A stretch of DNA of 63,989 nt, filler included, from Barthelona sp. PAP020 (taxonomy: Eukaryota): the NCBI GenBank assembly GCA_040182905.1. It is 3 parts of 3 records of this genome, joined end to end, with 100 filler letters (N's around TTAATTAATTAA, not from the genome) between each part and the next. Parts side by side here need not be neighbours in the genome. Positions count along the whole stretch, not along the records: positions 1 to 23,824 come from JARQWU010000163.1; 2 more parts are not named here. The stretch is one strand, 5' to 3'. The notes below the pieces were generated by a model. The model saw only the letters and a program-made list of their open reading frames with translations. It searched no databases and was not told the DNA's origin. Positions 1 through 12,500 of this stretch are shown here, in pieces. Position 1 is the first letter of the stretch. Every line of letters starts with the position of its first letter. Made by a program: the position numbers and the translations under genes.

Positions 1-181
1 TTTCTTTAACAGCTTGTTTAGCAAGTGGAATACGAGCTTGATTGGCAGCACATGCACAATAGGCAAAAATCTTATCAACTTGCTCTTGAGAATATGTACT
101 GTATTCTTTTTGAGCCAAACGAACAGCATCAAGTAATTGGTCTAATGTTTCGGGACTATTAACAGTAACAACTTGTGACAT
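1..181 (-). CDS. adhE: Bifunctional aldehyde/alcohol dehydrogenase AdhE, N-terminal fragment (runs off window)
   Basis: Manual translation from ATG at 181: MSQVVTVNSPETLDQLLDAVRLAQKEYSTYSQEQVDKIFAYCACAANQARIPLAKQAVKE. Matches the AdhE N-terminus (AQ..Y..F.QEQVDKIF...A..ARIPLAK.AV.E). Not in the ORF track. Confidence 0.9.
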   Translation of the reverse strand, partial: MSQVVTVNSPETLDQLLDAVRLAQKEYSTYSQEQVDKIFAYCACAANQARIPLAKQAVKE

Positions 182-1097
182 TTGTTATGTTGTATCTATA
201 TAAAAAATAAATATAAAGGTTTTTAAGTCTGAATCACCAATTTGATGTGATTCAGATCTCAAAGTAATAATTTAATATCTTCAATTTTTCCTTGATTTCT
301 TCTTCCTTCTTTAGCTGCAACAAGATTGCACCTTATCAATGTAATATTAGAAAGCGAATAAAGGGCATTTTTTACACTTTTTGATCTTGCATCTTTTTTT
401 CAAGTGTTCTTTTCTTTTTCTAATTTTTTTTATTCTCAAACAAACAAAAAGTTCTTATGATAAATATTTTACAAGAAAACGAAAAAAAGAAAATTATTTT
501 TCAGATTAACTTTCAAAGGATAATTTTTTTTTTTCGTAACATTGATCTGACAAAAAAAACTTGAATAAATTTATCAATTTTCTCAATTTTTAAATTGAAA
601 GAAAATTGTTTCAAGTAAAATTTCGTTTTAAAGTCAATTTTTTGTTCAAAAACAAGACTTCACACTTCAAAATAATATATGTACCACTTTTCAGTTGAAA
701 GAATAAAAAAAATATCTGGAATCAAAAGGAAGGAATTTTTCCTATTGAAAAAGAGGAGATTATGATTGATTTTTTGCTTTATTATTCAATAAATGTTAAC
801 CAATATAAGATGTGGATCACTTAAATAAAATTTTCGGCGTTTTTAAATGTTGAATATTATTATGTCATTTCAATATTCAAAAATGATCATAACCAATGAA
901 TTTCAATTTGAGAAAACAAATGTTGAAAGAGTGTTTTAAGACAAAATATCCATTGATGCACTTTATATGCCAAAACTCAACAAAGGTCGCTTTTTTACAT
1001 CATCAAGTTATGTGAAGTTTTATCAACAAAAACAATAAATCAAACGAAAAAGATTGGGAAATAATGTTGTGTAGAAATACAGTTGTTTTGTGTCAAA

Positions 1098-2375
1098 ATG
1101 AATAATCCAAAAATTAGCATTGATGATATTATTGTGAATGAAAAGAGAGTTTTAATTCGAGTTGATTATGATGTTCCTTTTGTAAAAGGAACAAATATAA
1201 TTTCTGATTCTTCACTGATTAAAGAATCAATTCCCACCATTAACAGGCTTCTTGAAAAAGGGGCAAAGACGATTATCTTAATATCTCATTTGGGGCAGCC
1301 CAATGGTCAAGTTGTGCCTGAGTTGTCATTGAATATTGTTACGGATGAACTTTCGAGTCTTCTTGGAAAGCCAGTAACCTTTCTTCCTGAATGTGTTGGT
1401 TTTGAAATTGAAAAGGCTGTAGCTGATAAAGGTGTCTTTCTTTTGGAAAATCTCCGTTTCCACATTGAAGAAGAAGGAAAAGTTGAAGACATTGATGGTA
1501 ATATAATTGAGGCTGAAGAAACCGCTGTTGTAGCTTTTCGTGCTGGATTGGCTGCCTTAGCTGATGTGTTCGTGAATGATTCATTTAGTACATCCCATTG
1601 TGCTTATTCATCTGTACTTGGGGACGGGTTTGCAGTTCGTGCCACTGGATATTTTTTAAAGAAAGAAATTGATTCTTTATGTTCTGCTCTTCATGTTCCT
1701 CAAAGACCATATCTTGCCATTTTTGGTGGTGCCAATCTTTCTAGTAAGATTAATGTTATTGAAAAGATAATTTCTGTTGTTGACGATCTTATTATTTGTG
1801 GTGACATAGCTTTTGCCTTTAGAAAAGTTCTTGACAGCATGTCGATTGGAAATTCTTACTTTAATGAGGATGCAGTGATTTTTATTCAAGGAATAATGGA
1901 AAAAGCTGCAAATCGTGAGCATCCAGTTAATATTCATCTTCCCGTTGATTTTTTAACCGCTCACGAATTTCGGAATGATACTGAAATTGTGATTCGCACA
2001 ATTGATGAGGGAATTCCTGACGAGTGGGTAGGTCTTGATTGTGGGCCAGAATCTCTTGCCTATTTTAAACAAGTGATTTTGGATTCAAAGACAATTGTTT
2101 GGAGTGGACCACCTGGAGCGTTTGAATTTGATAATTTTTCAGGGGGAACAAGAGGAATAATCAACACTTTAATTGAAGCCACAACTAATGGTTGCGTTTC
2201 AATTATAGGTGGCAAAGATACTGTATCTTGTGTCAATAAATGGAATGTTTCAAATCAGTTTTCTCATGTTTCCACTGGCAATTGTGCTTTTCTAAATTTT
2301 ATTGCAGGCATTGAGTTACCTGGTCTTGCTGCTTTGTCTGTAAAGGTTGAATATTCTGAAAATGAATGTGAGTAA
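1098..2375 (+). CDS. pgk: Phosphoglycerate kinase homolog with degenerate active site
   Basis: Full-length PGK fold (RVD.DVP, SHLG.P, LLENLRF..EEE, W.GLD.GP, HVSTG, LPG..AL) with many catalytic residues substituted. First in-frame ATG is at 1098. Confidence 0.9.
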   Translation: MNNPKISIDDIIVNEKRVLIRVDYDVPFVKGTNIISDSSLIKESIPTINRLLEKGAKTIILISHLGQPNGQVVPELSLNIVTDELSSLLGKPVTFLPECVGFEIEKAVADKGVFLLENLRFHIEEEGKVEDIDGNIIEAEETAVVAFRAGLAALADVFVNDSFSTSHCAYSSVLGDGFAVRATGYFLKKEIDSLCSALHVPQRPYLAIFGGANLSSKINVIEKIISVVDDLIICGDIAFAFRKVLDSMSIGNSYFNEDAVIFIQGIMEKAANREHPVNIHLPVDFLTAHEFRNDTEIVIRTIDEGIPDEWVGLDCGPESLAYFKQVILDSKTIVWSGPPGAFEFDNFSGGTRGIINTLIEATTNGCVSIIGGKDTVSCVNKWNVSNQFSHVSTGNCAFLNFIAGIELPGLAALSVKVEYSENECE

Positions 2376-2413
2376 ATATCAACAGAGATTTTTTTTTTTT
2401 TATTTGACAGAAA

Positions 2414-3340
2414 ATGGTTGAACTTAATTTAGATTCCATTATTGAAAAACTTTATGATTGTCAATTAATTGAAGAATCAGAAATTAAATTGATTTGTGAG
2501 AAAGTTAAATTAATTTTGTTAGAAGAATCAAATATCCAAAATGTGAAAGCCCCTGTAACTCTTGTAGGTGATATTCATGCTCAATTCTATGATTTAGTTG
2601 AGATGTTTAAGATGGGGGGCCCTCTTCCATTCACAAATTATTTGTTTTTAGGAGATTTTGTCGATCGAGGTATTTTTGGGATTGAAACAGTTGTATTATT
2701 ATTAAGTTTAAAAGTTAAGTATCCTGATAGAATCACTTTGTTGAGAGGTAATCATGAATCAAGACAAATCACACAAATATATGGGTTTTACAACGAATGT
2801 CGGAAGAAATTTGGTTCAACAAAGGTATGGGAGTGTTTAACAGATGTTTTTGATTCTCTGCCGTTGGCTGCTTTAATTGAAAATCAAATTCTTGCTGTAC
2901 ATGGAGGTCTATCACCTTCTTGTAAATTTTTGGATGAAATTCGTAAATTTAATCGTGTACAAGAACCACCACATGATGGATTGATGGCTGATTTAATTTG
3001 GTCTGATCCAGACGATCGCAGTGGTATGGGATACAGTGTTTCTGCCAGAGGTTGTGGTTTTAATTTTGGAAAGGAAGCTTCACAGATGTTTATGCATGAT
3101 AACGATATTGATTTAATTGTCAGAGCTCATCAAGTTGCTCAAAATGGTTACATGAGTGCTCATGATGGAAAAGTTATAACTATTTTTTCTGCTCCGAACT
3201 ATTGTTACAGAGTTGGGAATATGGGTGCCATTATGGAAGTTGATGAAAATTTAGAAAAAACTATCACACAATTTGATGCTGCACCGGTTCGTGGGATGCA
3301 AAAAACAAAAACTAGGAGTACACCTGATTACTTTTTATGA
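2414..3340 (+). CDS. PP2A-family Ser/Thr phosphatase catalytic subunit
   Basis: GDIH.Q, GDFVDRG, RGNHE, HGGLSP, SAPNYC motifs and PP2A-type C-terminus TPDYFL. Confidence 0.95.
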   Translation: MVELNLDSIIEKLYDCQLIEESEIKLICEKVKLILLEESNIQNVKAPVTLVGDIHAQFYDLVEMFKMGGPLPFTNYLFLGDFVDRGIFGIETVVLLLSLKVKYPDRITLLRGNHESRQITQIYGFYNECRKKFGSTKVWECLTDVFDSLPLAALIENQILAVHGGLSPSCKFLDEIRKFNRVQEPPHDGLMADLIWSDPDDRSGMGYSVSARGCGFNFGKEASQMFMHDNDIDLIVRAHQVAQNGYMSAHDGKVITIFSAPNYCYRVGNMGAIMEVDENLEKTITQFDAAPVRGMQKTKTRSTPDYFL

Positions 3341-3549
3341 AAAGATGTGTGTAATAAAAGAAAAAAGAATAATTTTTTTTTCATTTTTCAAATCAACCAA
3401 TTTAACATTAAATTAAAGAAATTTAGCTCATTTTTATACCTTTGTTTGTAAAATGAAAGAAAGATTGATAATTTTTTCTTCTTTTGAGGAAATAAAAACA
3501 GATCATTTTTTTAACCCATTTATTCATTTAGTATGACAATATATATGAC

Positions 3550-6500
3550 ATGCTATTAATTAACATCCAAAATGTGTTTCGGTTAATAATAATTTTGATA
3601 ACATTTCAAATCATACTTGGTAATGATTGTTCTGATGCGAATTTTTACTCGAATTTTGGCGATTGTAATTTATATTGTGATGATACTGCGACATGTGATG
3701 GAAAAGGAATTTGTAACTCCCAAGGAGAATGCGATTGTCAATATCCAAACGTTAAACAGCTAAAATATTATGGAAATCATTTAAATTTTGATTATAATGG
3801 CGGTAATACTTATTTTGGTTATTATATTGCCATTTCTGACTATTTATTTGTTTCTGGTAACTTAGATGGTCCAATTTTTATATATTCTGCGGGTTTAAGT
3901 GACACTAAAATTGAGTATACAACGACAGTGTCTGGATGCAGTGGTCCTGTTGATGTTGATGAAAATAGAGTTGTTTGTCTTGGTTCTTCAAATGATTTTT
4001 ATGTTTATGATTACATCAATGGTGTGTTCAGCAAAAAAACACATATGGCTACAAGTTCATGTGTCGTTGAAACCATTGGTATTTACAAAGACACAGTTGT
4101 TTGTGCAAATGGAAATGAAGTTATTATTTTTGAAGAAAGTGATGGAACTTGGGTTAAACTGAGCTACACGGTTGATACAAGCAGTTATTTATCCAGGAAC
4201 ATCAATAAATTGATTTTCAATGATGATATGATAATTGCTCTGGAAGGAAGAACTTCGGAGAAAATACTGGTTGTTATTCACAAAAAGAATTACAAGTGGG
4301 TTATTGATGGATCAATTAAAGATGAAAGGCCTGTTACTAAAAGTGAGAACGACGATTGGTTTGCTTATGAAGGTTATGTTTCGAAGGATCTAATAATAGT
4401 CAGTGGCAGTTTTTGGGTTCAAGAAGGTAGTTGGAAAAGATATCCAGGAATGCATGCTTATCGAAAACAAGATGGAATTTGGGTTGAAGTTGCCACAGTT
4501 CATGGGAAATCTACAGCAGATTTTGTGTCGTGCAGTTATTCCAAGGAAACAAATATGGTGGTAATGTCGTATCCTGAATATTACTCAGGGAGTCGCTATT
4601 ATGCTATAATTGAATGGTATGAATTTCAAAACAATAAGTTTAGATTTCTAAGGCGTACGCAAAACACGTTGTATTATTACTATTGTTACACTCATCGATA
4701 TCCCCAAATTAAAATATCTCCCAATGGAAAATATATCATTCAATCAGAGCCATCAGCCACGGTTATTAATAATGGAGATGGTCAAGTTGATGTCTATAGT
4801 TACAGTTGTGTTGGATGTGATGAACAGCACAGTTGTGGTTTTAATGGAACATGTAATAGCGATACTAACTTATGTGAGTGTTCAAATAATTATGTTCATG
4901 GTTGGGGAAACAAAGCTTTTTTTGGGCTTGACAATCCATTTGATGCAATTGACGTTATTGATTTTTATGTTGTCACGTTGTTGGATCAAAATATTAAATA
5001 TTGGACCATAGATTCAGGAGAATTTGTTTCTAACAAAGAGGTTGAGTTATCTGGATTGGGAAAAAGTTTTAAAATTCTTGATGATGGGATACTTGTTGGA
5101 TTTCCTGATGAACAGGTTGTAAAGTACATTTCGGACACAAAAATCGTCCTATTCAAACCTAATGATAATTGTGTTGGATATGGGAGTGTTTTTGAATATA
5201 AGGATGAGATATTATTAATTCATGGTGATGTTTTAGAGTGTCAAACTTTGTATTTGTATTATTTTAATGAAAACATGACTACTTTTAACATAAAAAAAGA
5301 AATTGCCAATTTATTGGATCCAAATAGTGCGGCTAAGGAAACATATTATGCAATAGGAGTTGGTAATTGTGCTTTTATAGGTACCAATAAAAAAATATAT
5401 GCATTTTGTTTGATAGACAAATATACTTCACCCTCCTTCATTCAGCATTCAATAATCAACATAGCTGAAGATTATGTTGATTTTGAAGGATTTGGTGAAA
5501 TAATTACAGCAGATTCTTACCATTTACTTGTGGCTGTTGAGTCAGTTTTATTAATTTATGAATTACACACCCTATCAAATGATTGGAAAAAAGTCGATCA
5601 AATCGTTTTTTCAACAAAGATAGAAACAATTGACACATATGAAAAAACCCTTTATGTTGTGGAAAAAAAGCCATTGGATGCTGATTTTGACTTTTTGATT
5701 TCAGATATGTTCATCATTCATCAGTTTCACTTTCAAGGTGAAATAACCAATACATATCAAATACTGAACAATTATGAATTTGAATTGCCTTTTTCTTCCA
5801 ATTCCACGTCAAGGTCTGGTTCTGTTTCGTCAACAATTCTTTCTTTTAAAGCGTTTAACCATCGGCTAATATTTAATTCCAGCAAAGGCTTGTTTATTTA
5901 TGAATTTGGATGTGTTTCATGTGAGGAATCCTTTTTTCCAGACGGTCAATGCAATCGCTACAAACCGTTAACAACACAAACCTTTAATGTTGCTGAAAAT
6001 AATTTGATTTGTCCAGCAAAGCAATTTCCTACTATATTTGAATATTTTTTCGATTCTACGTCTATTACATATTATACTGATGTTCCTGTCATTAAGTGTA
6101 CAAACAAAAATTGCATTGCTCTCAGTATTGACCAAAAAAGCATATATTTTATTGATATAACGAATAAACCAACCATTAGTTTCACTTTCAATAATGGAAA
6201 TGAATTGGGAAGTCATTGTGTTATGGCAAAAGATGATTACATGTTTTTTGGGAGTGTAACAAGTGGTAAGCTCCATATTTATAAGTATTCGTTGGAATCA
6301 TGGGTAGAAGCTGGAAATATTCAAGCAACTGGAATTGGTAGTTCATGTGCTGTTGATTCGTGGTTGTTAATTGGAGTACAAGATGAGCAGAGGGTTTCTT
6401 TATATAATTTCATTGATGAAAGTAACTATGGAAAGGTATATGAAATTAGCTGCTCTGATCCTGGTTCCTATTCTTTGATTTCTGTGACTTTAATCAATTC

Positions 6501-9500
6501 TATCTGTAATTCGACATTTGGAACATACTTAAGAACCGCCAAAAATATTGCCATTATCGGTTGTGAGAATTGTGCTCAAGAAAGAGGTGCATTTTTTGTG
6601 TACCTCCTACAGAAAAGCTATTACACTTTGTTAAGTGTAGTTCAACATCCAAGTTGTAATATTGGTGATAAATGTGGTGCTTCCATGGATACTAATGGCC
6701 GTTATGTTGTGTTGAGTCATATGTCAGTGATTTCCATTTATGAGTGGACAGAGTCGACATTGAGCTTTACTTTGCTCAAAACAATTGAGTCATCCTTTAG
6801 TTCCAATCGGGAATATATTTTTGGGACAAGTGTTGCAGTGTCTGATACAAAATTGGTTATTTTAAGTGTATTAAAAGACACATCATTGCTAGACAATTAC
6901 AATCTCAAAGTGTATTCCATTTCTGATGAAGTGAATAACTTGAATGAGAGAATTAAGCTTACTGAAGATTTGACCAGTAAAGAAAGCTCATTAGGTACGA
7001 ATCCAATTACTAATTCATTAACATTATCTGATAATGGAAGAATATTCATTGGTTATTCAAGATATGGAGGAATTCCCTTGTTTGAGATCAATACTAATTG
7101 TTCAAGTTGCTCAGTGGAGTTTACCTGTGATGGAAAGGCTGCTTGCAGTACAGAAGGTGAGTTTGACTGCATAACGGAAGATGTGACTCGATTTCGTTAT
7201 GATTGGTTTAATTCTAATGAGTTATTCGAAGATTTATGGACTTATAATGACTTTGGTCGAGCTTTGTTCATTCACAATGACGGTGATGTATTTGTTGGAG
7301 CGCCTTTATCTGATGGAAGAGGAAAGGTAATGGTATTTGATGATCACATCAGTGTCACAAAAAGTATATTGGAAATTGAGGCTGAAGAAACCATTAATTC
7401 TGTAACTTTTGGTTGGTCAATCACTGAATTCGATGGTCAAATAATTGTTAGTGACCCTAATTTAAAGAAAGTGCAAGTTTTCGATGATGTTGGACTAAAT
7501 TTGATTGATTCTATTCTTAAAGAAGATTGCAGTGGATTTGGACGTGTAATTTTCGGTAATGATGATTGGTTGGTGGTGTTTGGTGATATCAATGAATGCA
7601 ATCAATTGTATGTTTATGGTGTTGTAGAAGACTACTCATACAATTTGTCTGTGAATCACGAAGAAGCATTATGGGATGAAGCTCGTGTCGTTTTGCTTGA
7701 AAACTCATTGTTTGTCAGTTATATACAAGGATATGTGACTATTTTTCCTGATGTTTCCAATGCATACAACTATGAAACCGATTATATTGAAAACTTTGGA
7801 AACCTTATGGTTGGGTTTGACAAGCATCTGTTTATTTGCAGTGTTTCTACCATATATATTTATTTTCATGACACTGTCCTTGACAATTGGATTCCGAAAC
7901 AAGTAATCAGTGTTGAATATTCCTCAATATTGGCGATCACTGGTGATGGTTTCCTTCTTTTGGTTGCGGTTCAAAGTGCTTCAGATTCACTCGGTTGTGA
8001 TATTCTTGTGTATCGTTTTAATGGAGATACTTGGGCGCACACAGATACGATGGACAATATTTTTGAAAACAGATATCCAAATTTGCCAGTTTTTCCTGAA
8101 ATCAATTTGAATTTTCATGACAACATGCTATATGTTGTGATTGTATCACAGGAAACTTCGGATGTTTATAACACTGCAAGTTCTCTTCTCTCTTTCAATC
8201 TTACGTTTGATTCATGTGTTGAAGGCTTTTATCCCCCTGGTGATTGTACGATTGAGGAGGCTGTTGAATGTAATAACCTTGGAAGCCTTGAAACTGACGG
8301 GTGTGATTGTAGTTCACTTGCTTCAATTGCCTATATCTTCAATGATACAATTGAAAGTGGTGATAGCACCTGCGGATTGGCTTTTGAATATTGTGATTCA
8401 TTTTTTGTGATAATTTCTTCAAGAAAAATGGCTTTTTATGCTTTAGATAGAAGCATCATCACAGAGGATGAAATTTCATGGACAAACACAGACTATGTTT
8501 CAGTTTCATTTAACAACACTTTTGCATGCGCAAATGCGGAGGGTTTCTATACTATTTACTCTTTGTTGCAAACAAATGAATTGAAAAAAATGGGTGGCAA
8601 AGTTGCCTCATTGGAAGACACTTTTGGAAAGAGCATTGCCTTGTATGAAAATCATTTATTCATTGGTTCAGACACTCAAATTGCTCAAATTGATTTTGAT
8701 ATTGTTAATGTTGTGGTAACAAACTATGTTTTGTATGATATTGATGATTCTTTTCAAGATTCTACTACTTTTAGTGATGATTCGACGTTTGCTAGCTCGT
8801 TAGCTGCTAATGAAAGATGGTTGGTTGTATCATTGCCTCAAACAAACAAATTGATAATTTTTGATTACACAGTATCTTATCCTCGAATTGCTAATGGAGA
8901 CAAGGCAAGTATAGGAGATAGTTATATTTTGATCGACCATAGTGCGGACATTGACGTGTATGGATTTGGTATTGATATTAAATTTGTTGTTGAAACTGGT
9001 CAATTGCTAATTTTGACTAGTAAGGTTGGTGAATTTAAAGATGGATTGTTGTATATCTTTGAATATAAAAACAACAACTGGATAAAACAACAACTTGTGA
9101 TTGCTCCTGTTGGATCTCGGTTTTTGGATCAGTTAAGTGTGTCCAATGAGAAAATTGTCGTTTTGGTTGATAACTATCCCTCTGATAAAGAGAATTTTTT
9201 CCGTTGGTTAGCTATTTATGATAAGAATTTGGTTGAAGGAAAGTGGGTTTTGGTTGACGCTGTTTATGATTTTTCTGTTGATAAAAAGGAATTATCAGAT
9301 TTATTCAGAATTTCAAAAGATGGTATTATTCTTGTGAGATTTCAATTGGAGGATGTTTACAGTGTTTCAAGTTACAGACACAGTTGTGTGGAGAATACAA
9401 CACTTTCAAAATGTGATGGGTTGACAGGAATTTTTATCGATAATGACTATACAGGATGTATTTTAAATGAAACAGTTGGAATTGGGTATATTCTATTGAT

Positions 9501-12500
9501 GAATGGGGGAAATGTTACAATGTTTGATACTTCTGACACACTATTTGCAAAAATTGAGAGAGAAGAACTTTTTATCATGGATTTAAATAGCAAAAGTAAT
9601 TTTTCATTTAAAATTGATAGCAAGGAGGTGTTAAAAGTTCGTGTCCAAGATTATGTCGCCTTGTTGACTGAAGGACACGTTTCAGTTTTTTCACCAATGG
9701 GCTTCATCAATGAATGGGAGGGTAATTTTGTTGCCATGGACACATATAATTCTTTCATTTGTGTAGTTTATGTTGAAGAGGGAAATCTAGTTATAAAGCT
9801 TATGGATATTGATATTGATCAGTCTGAAACTATTACTCTATCGGATATAAAAGCTGAAATTGATGATATTTGCATGGATAATGTATTTTTAGTTTTTGAT
9901 AAGACTAGAATAGTGATCACTGTCTTAAATCAAGTGTTTATCTTTTGTAAAAACGAAGATAATGGATGGATTCATTGTGGAGAGATAATCAATCCGGATA
10001 TTGACAGGTGCTCGAAACAATTTGGTGAAGTAATTGAAGTTGCGGAAAATACAGTGCTAATTGGCTGCCCAATCGTTTCTGGGGTGGTTTATCAATTTGA
10101 ACTGATAGGTAATCATTGGTATGTGAAAAATGAGCTTCTTTCACCAACATTTGAATTTTCAGAGGCAATTTTTGCATATTCACTTCATGTTACACCTTTA
10201 TATTTGATAATCGTAGCATCGAATGTGATTTTTGCGGATGATATATATTTTTATGCAAGATATAACAGGATAGATTTTTCATTCTCCCATTCCATTAGCT
10301 CGTTTTCTTACCGAAAAAAATCAAACATCACGAGTACTGCTGCAAACATGTACAATTTATTCATCAATGACATAGCTCTTGGGGAGAATTCTTTTCTTTA
10401 TTTGCAGAATAATCTCACATGTCCCGAGAATTGTTTTGGTCAAGTCTACTGTTCACGTTCTTGTGATGGGTGTAATGGTCGTGGAATATGCGATTGGGAT
10501 GGCTTTTGTGTCTGTGATTATTCAAGCACTTTGTTGTTTTCTTTTTCATCTGTTTCAATTTCACAAAACACACAAGAAATTCAACAGCCTTTATGGGTTG
10601 CTTCTTGTTTAGATAATCAATGTTTTGTTGGAAGTTCGGGAAATAGTCAGAATTCAAAGATTTTCGTCTATAAGAGCAGTTGTTCGAACTGGAAGATTAG
10701 TTATCAAATTGGTCAACAGGATGAAGGTTCACCCTTTGCTGAAGATTCCACCCTGTACTCAAATGTGCTGATTATTGATGATTTAATCTTTGTGCAAACA
10801 TCTGTAAACTTATACATGGCGTCACTTGGCGGAAATGAACTAATTACGGCATCTCAGTTTTCGGCTGTTTTACCAGTTGGCAATCTAGAGCTATTGGGAC
10901 AATTTGACGTTTACCAAGATGAGATGTTTGTGACTGTTGGAAAAATGCTTACAGATACGACTTATTATGTGATAGTTTACAGCTTTTATGAATTGACATC
11001 CTGTTTGCTGAAAATTTCTTTGGAAAATTCAGTGAATATTTATTCTGAAGGAAGTCAAACGGTTGCTTTATCAAATACTCATGTGTGCTATTTAAAAAAA
11101 GCTAGTGGTAGTGGTAATCCTGTCGTTTTTTGTAGCACAATTCCCCCTTACACTGAATATGAAGAGTTTAGCTCAACAATTCAAGGTAATCGCATAATAT
11201 TACGAGACGGACATCTTTGTGTACTAAGTGTCTTGTTCGGTAAGTTGATAATCTTTGCTGAACCAAAAGTTTCCGATAAAACATCAAAGGAAACCAGTGG
11301 TTGGATAAAAGTTCAGGAATTCGTTTTTGCGGGGGATCTTGACACCTCTTGTATTATGGGTTATCATAATGGAAAAATATCCGTTTCAACAGCCTTTGGC
11401 AAAATTAAGATTTTTACTTTTTTGGTTGATCAATTTTATGAAATACAAAATTTTGCTGTAAGTGGTGATGTAGATTTCTCTTCCTTGGTATTTGCCAATG
11501 ATAATACGTTGATTGGAACATTTGTCGTTTCAGAATCAGGTTCATTTGCAGGAGCTCTCCAAGTTTTTGAAACGAGTTGTTTTGAGTGTACTGATAGTTT
11601 GAAATCTGTGGGATATTGTGGGTGTAATGGACATGGAACTATGATTGAAGGTATTTGTGTTTGTGAATCTTCGTATTACGAATATGATGTCAGTTTTTGC
11701 TTTAATGCGGATGCTGGATACTATGTCAAGGATGAACCTGATCAACATGAACAGTTGCCTTGTGAATTTGGATTTTATCAACCAATTCGTGGACAAACAA
11801 GTTGTTTGGAAGCAGATGTTGGTCATTTTGTTAATTTTACTGCTGCGACCGAACAATATCCTTGTGAGATAAATACCTATCAAGATGAAAAGATGCAAAG
11901 TTCTTGTAAGCAGTGTGTTGCTCCAGAACATCAGAATAAAACTGGACAGATTGAATGTTGGATATGTCCTTTTGGCACGTTTTATAATTCAAGCAAAATA
12001 TATTGTGACAATTGTCCTATTGGACATCGTTGTCCTGGTGGAGATGATGAAGCTGTTCCATGTTCAGAAACAACCATTATTTCTTCTGATCATCAAAAAT
12101 GTGTAGCGTGTCCAGAAACTGATTATTCTGGTTTAGAGAGAAAAGTATGCTTCACATGTGCTAAAGGTACTTATTATGTGAAAGAAACAGGAACTTGTGA
12201 TTCATGTCCACATTTGCATACTTGTGAAGGTGGAAGAAATGTTGCAGTTCCTTATCCTGCTCCTTTTATAAAAGAAGATTCAATCATTCTATCTGGTGAT
12301 AAAAAAACAGTCTATTTGGAGGGTCTATGGTTTGGATTTTGGCCTGAATACATTAAAGTTTTTATTGATAGTATTGAGGAAGTTGTAACTGAAGTAAACG
12401 ATGAAAATATGCTAATTTCGACAAATGACCATTTATATGGCATTAATTATAAAATTCGTGTATTTGTTGGAGATAAATCCGCTGATACGATTTTAATAAA

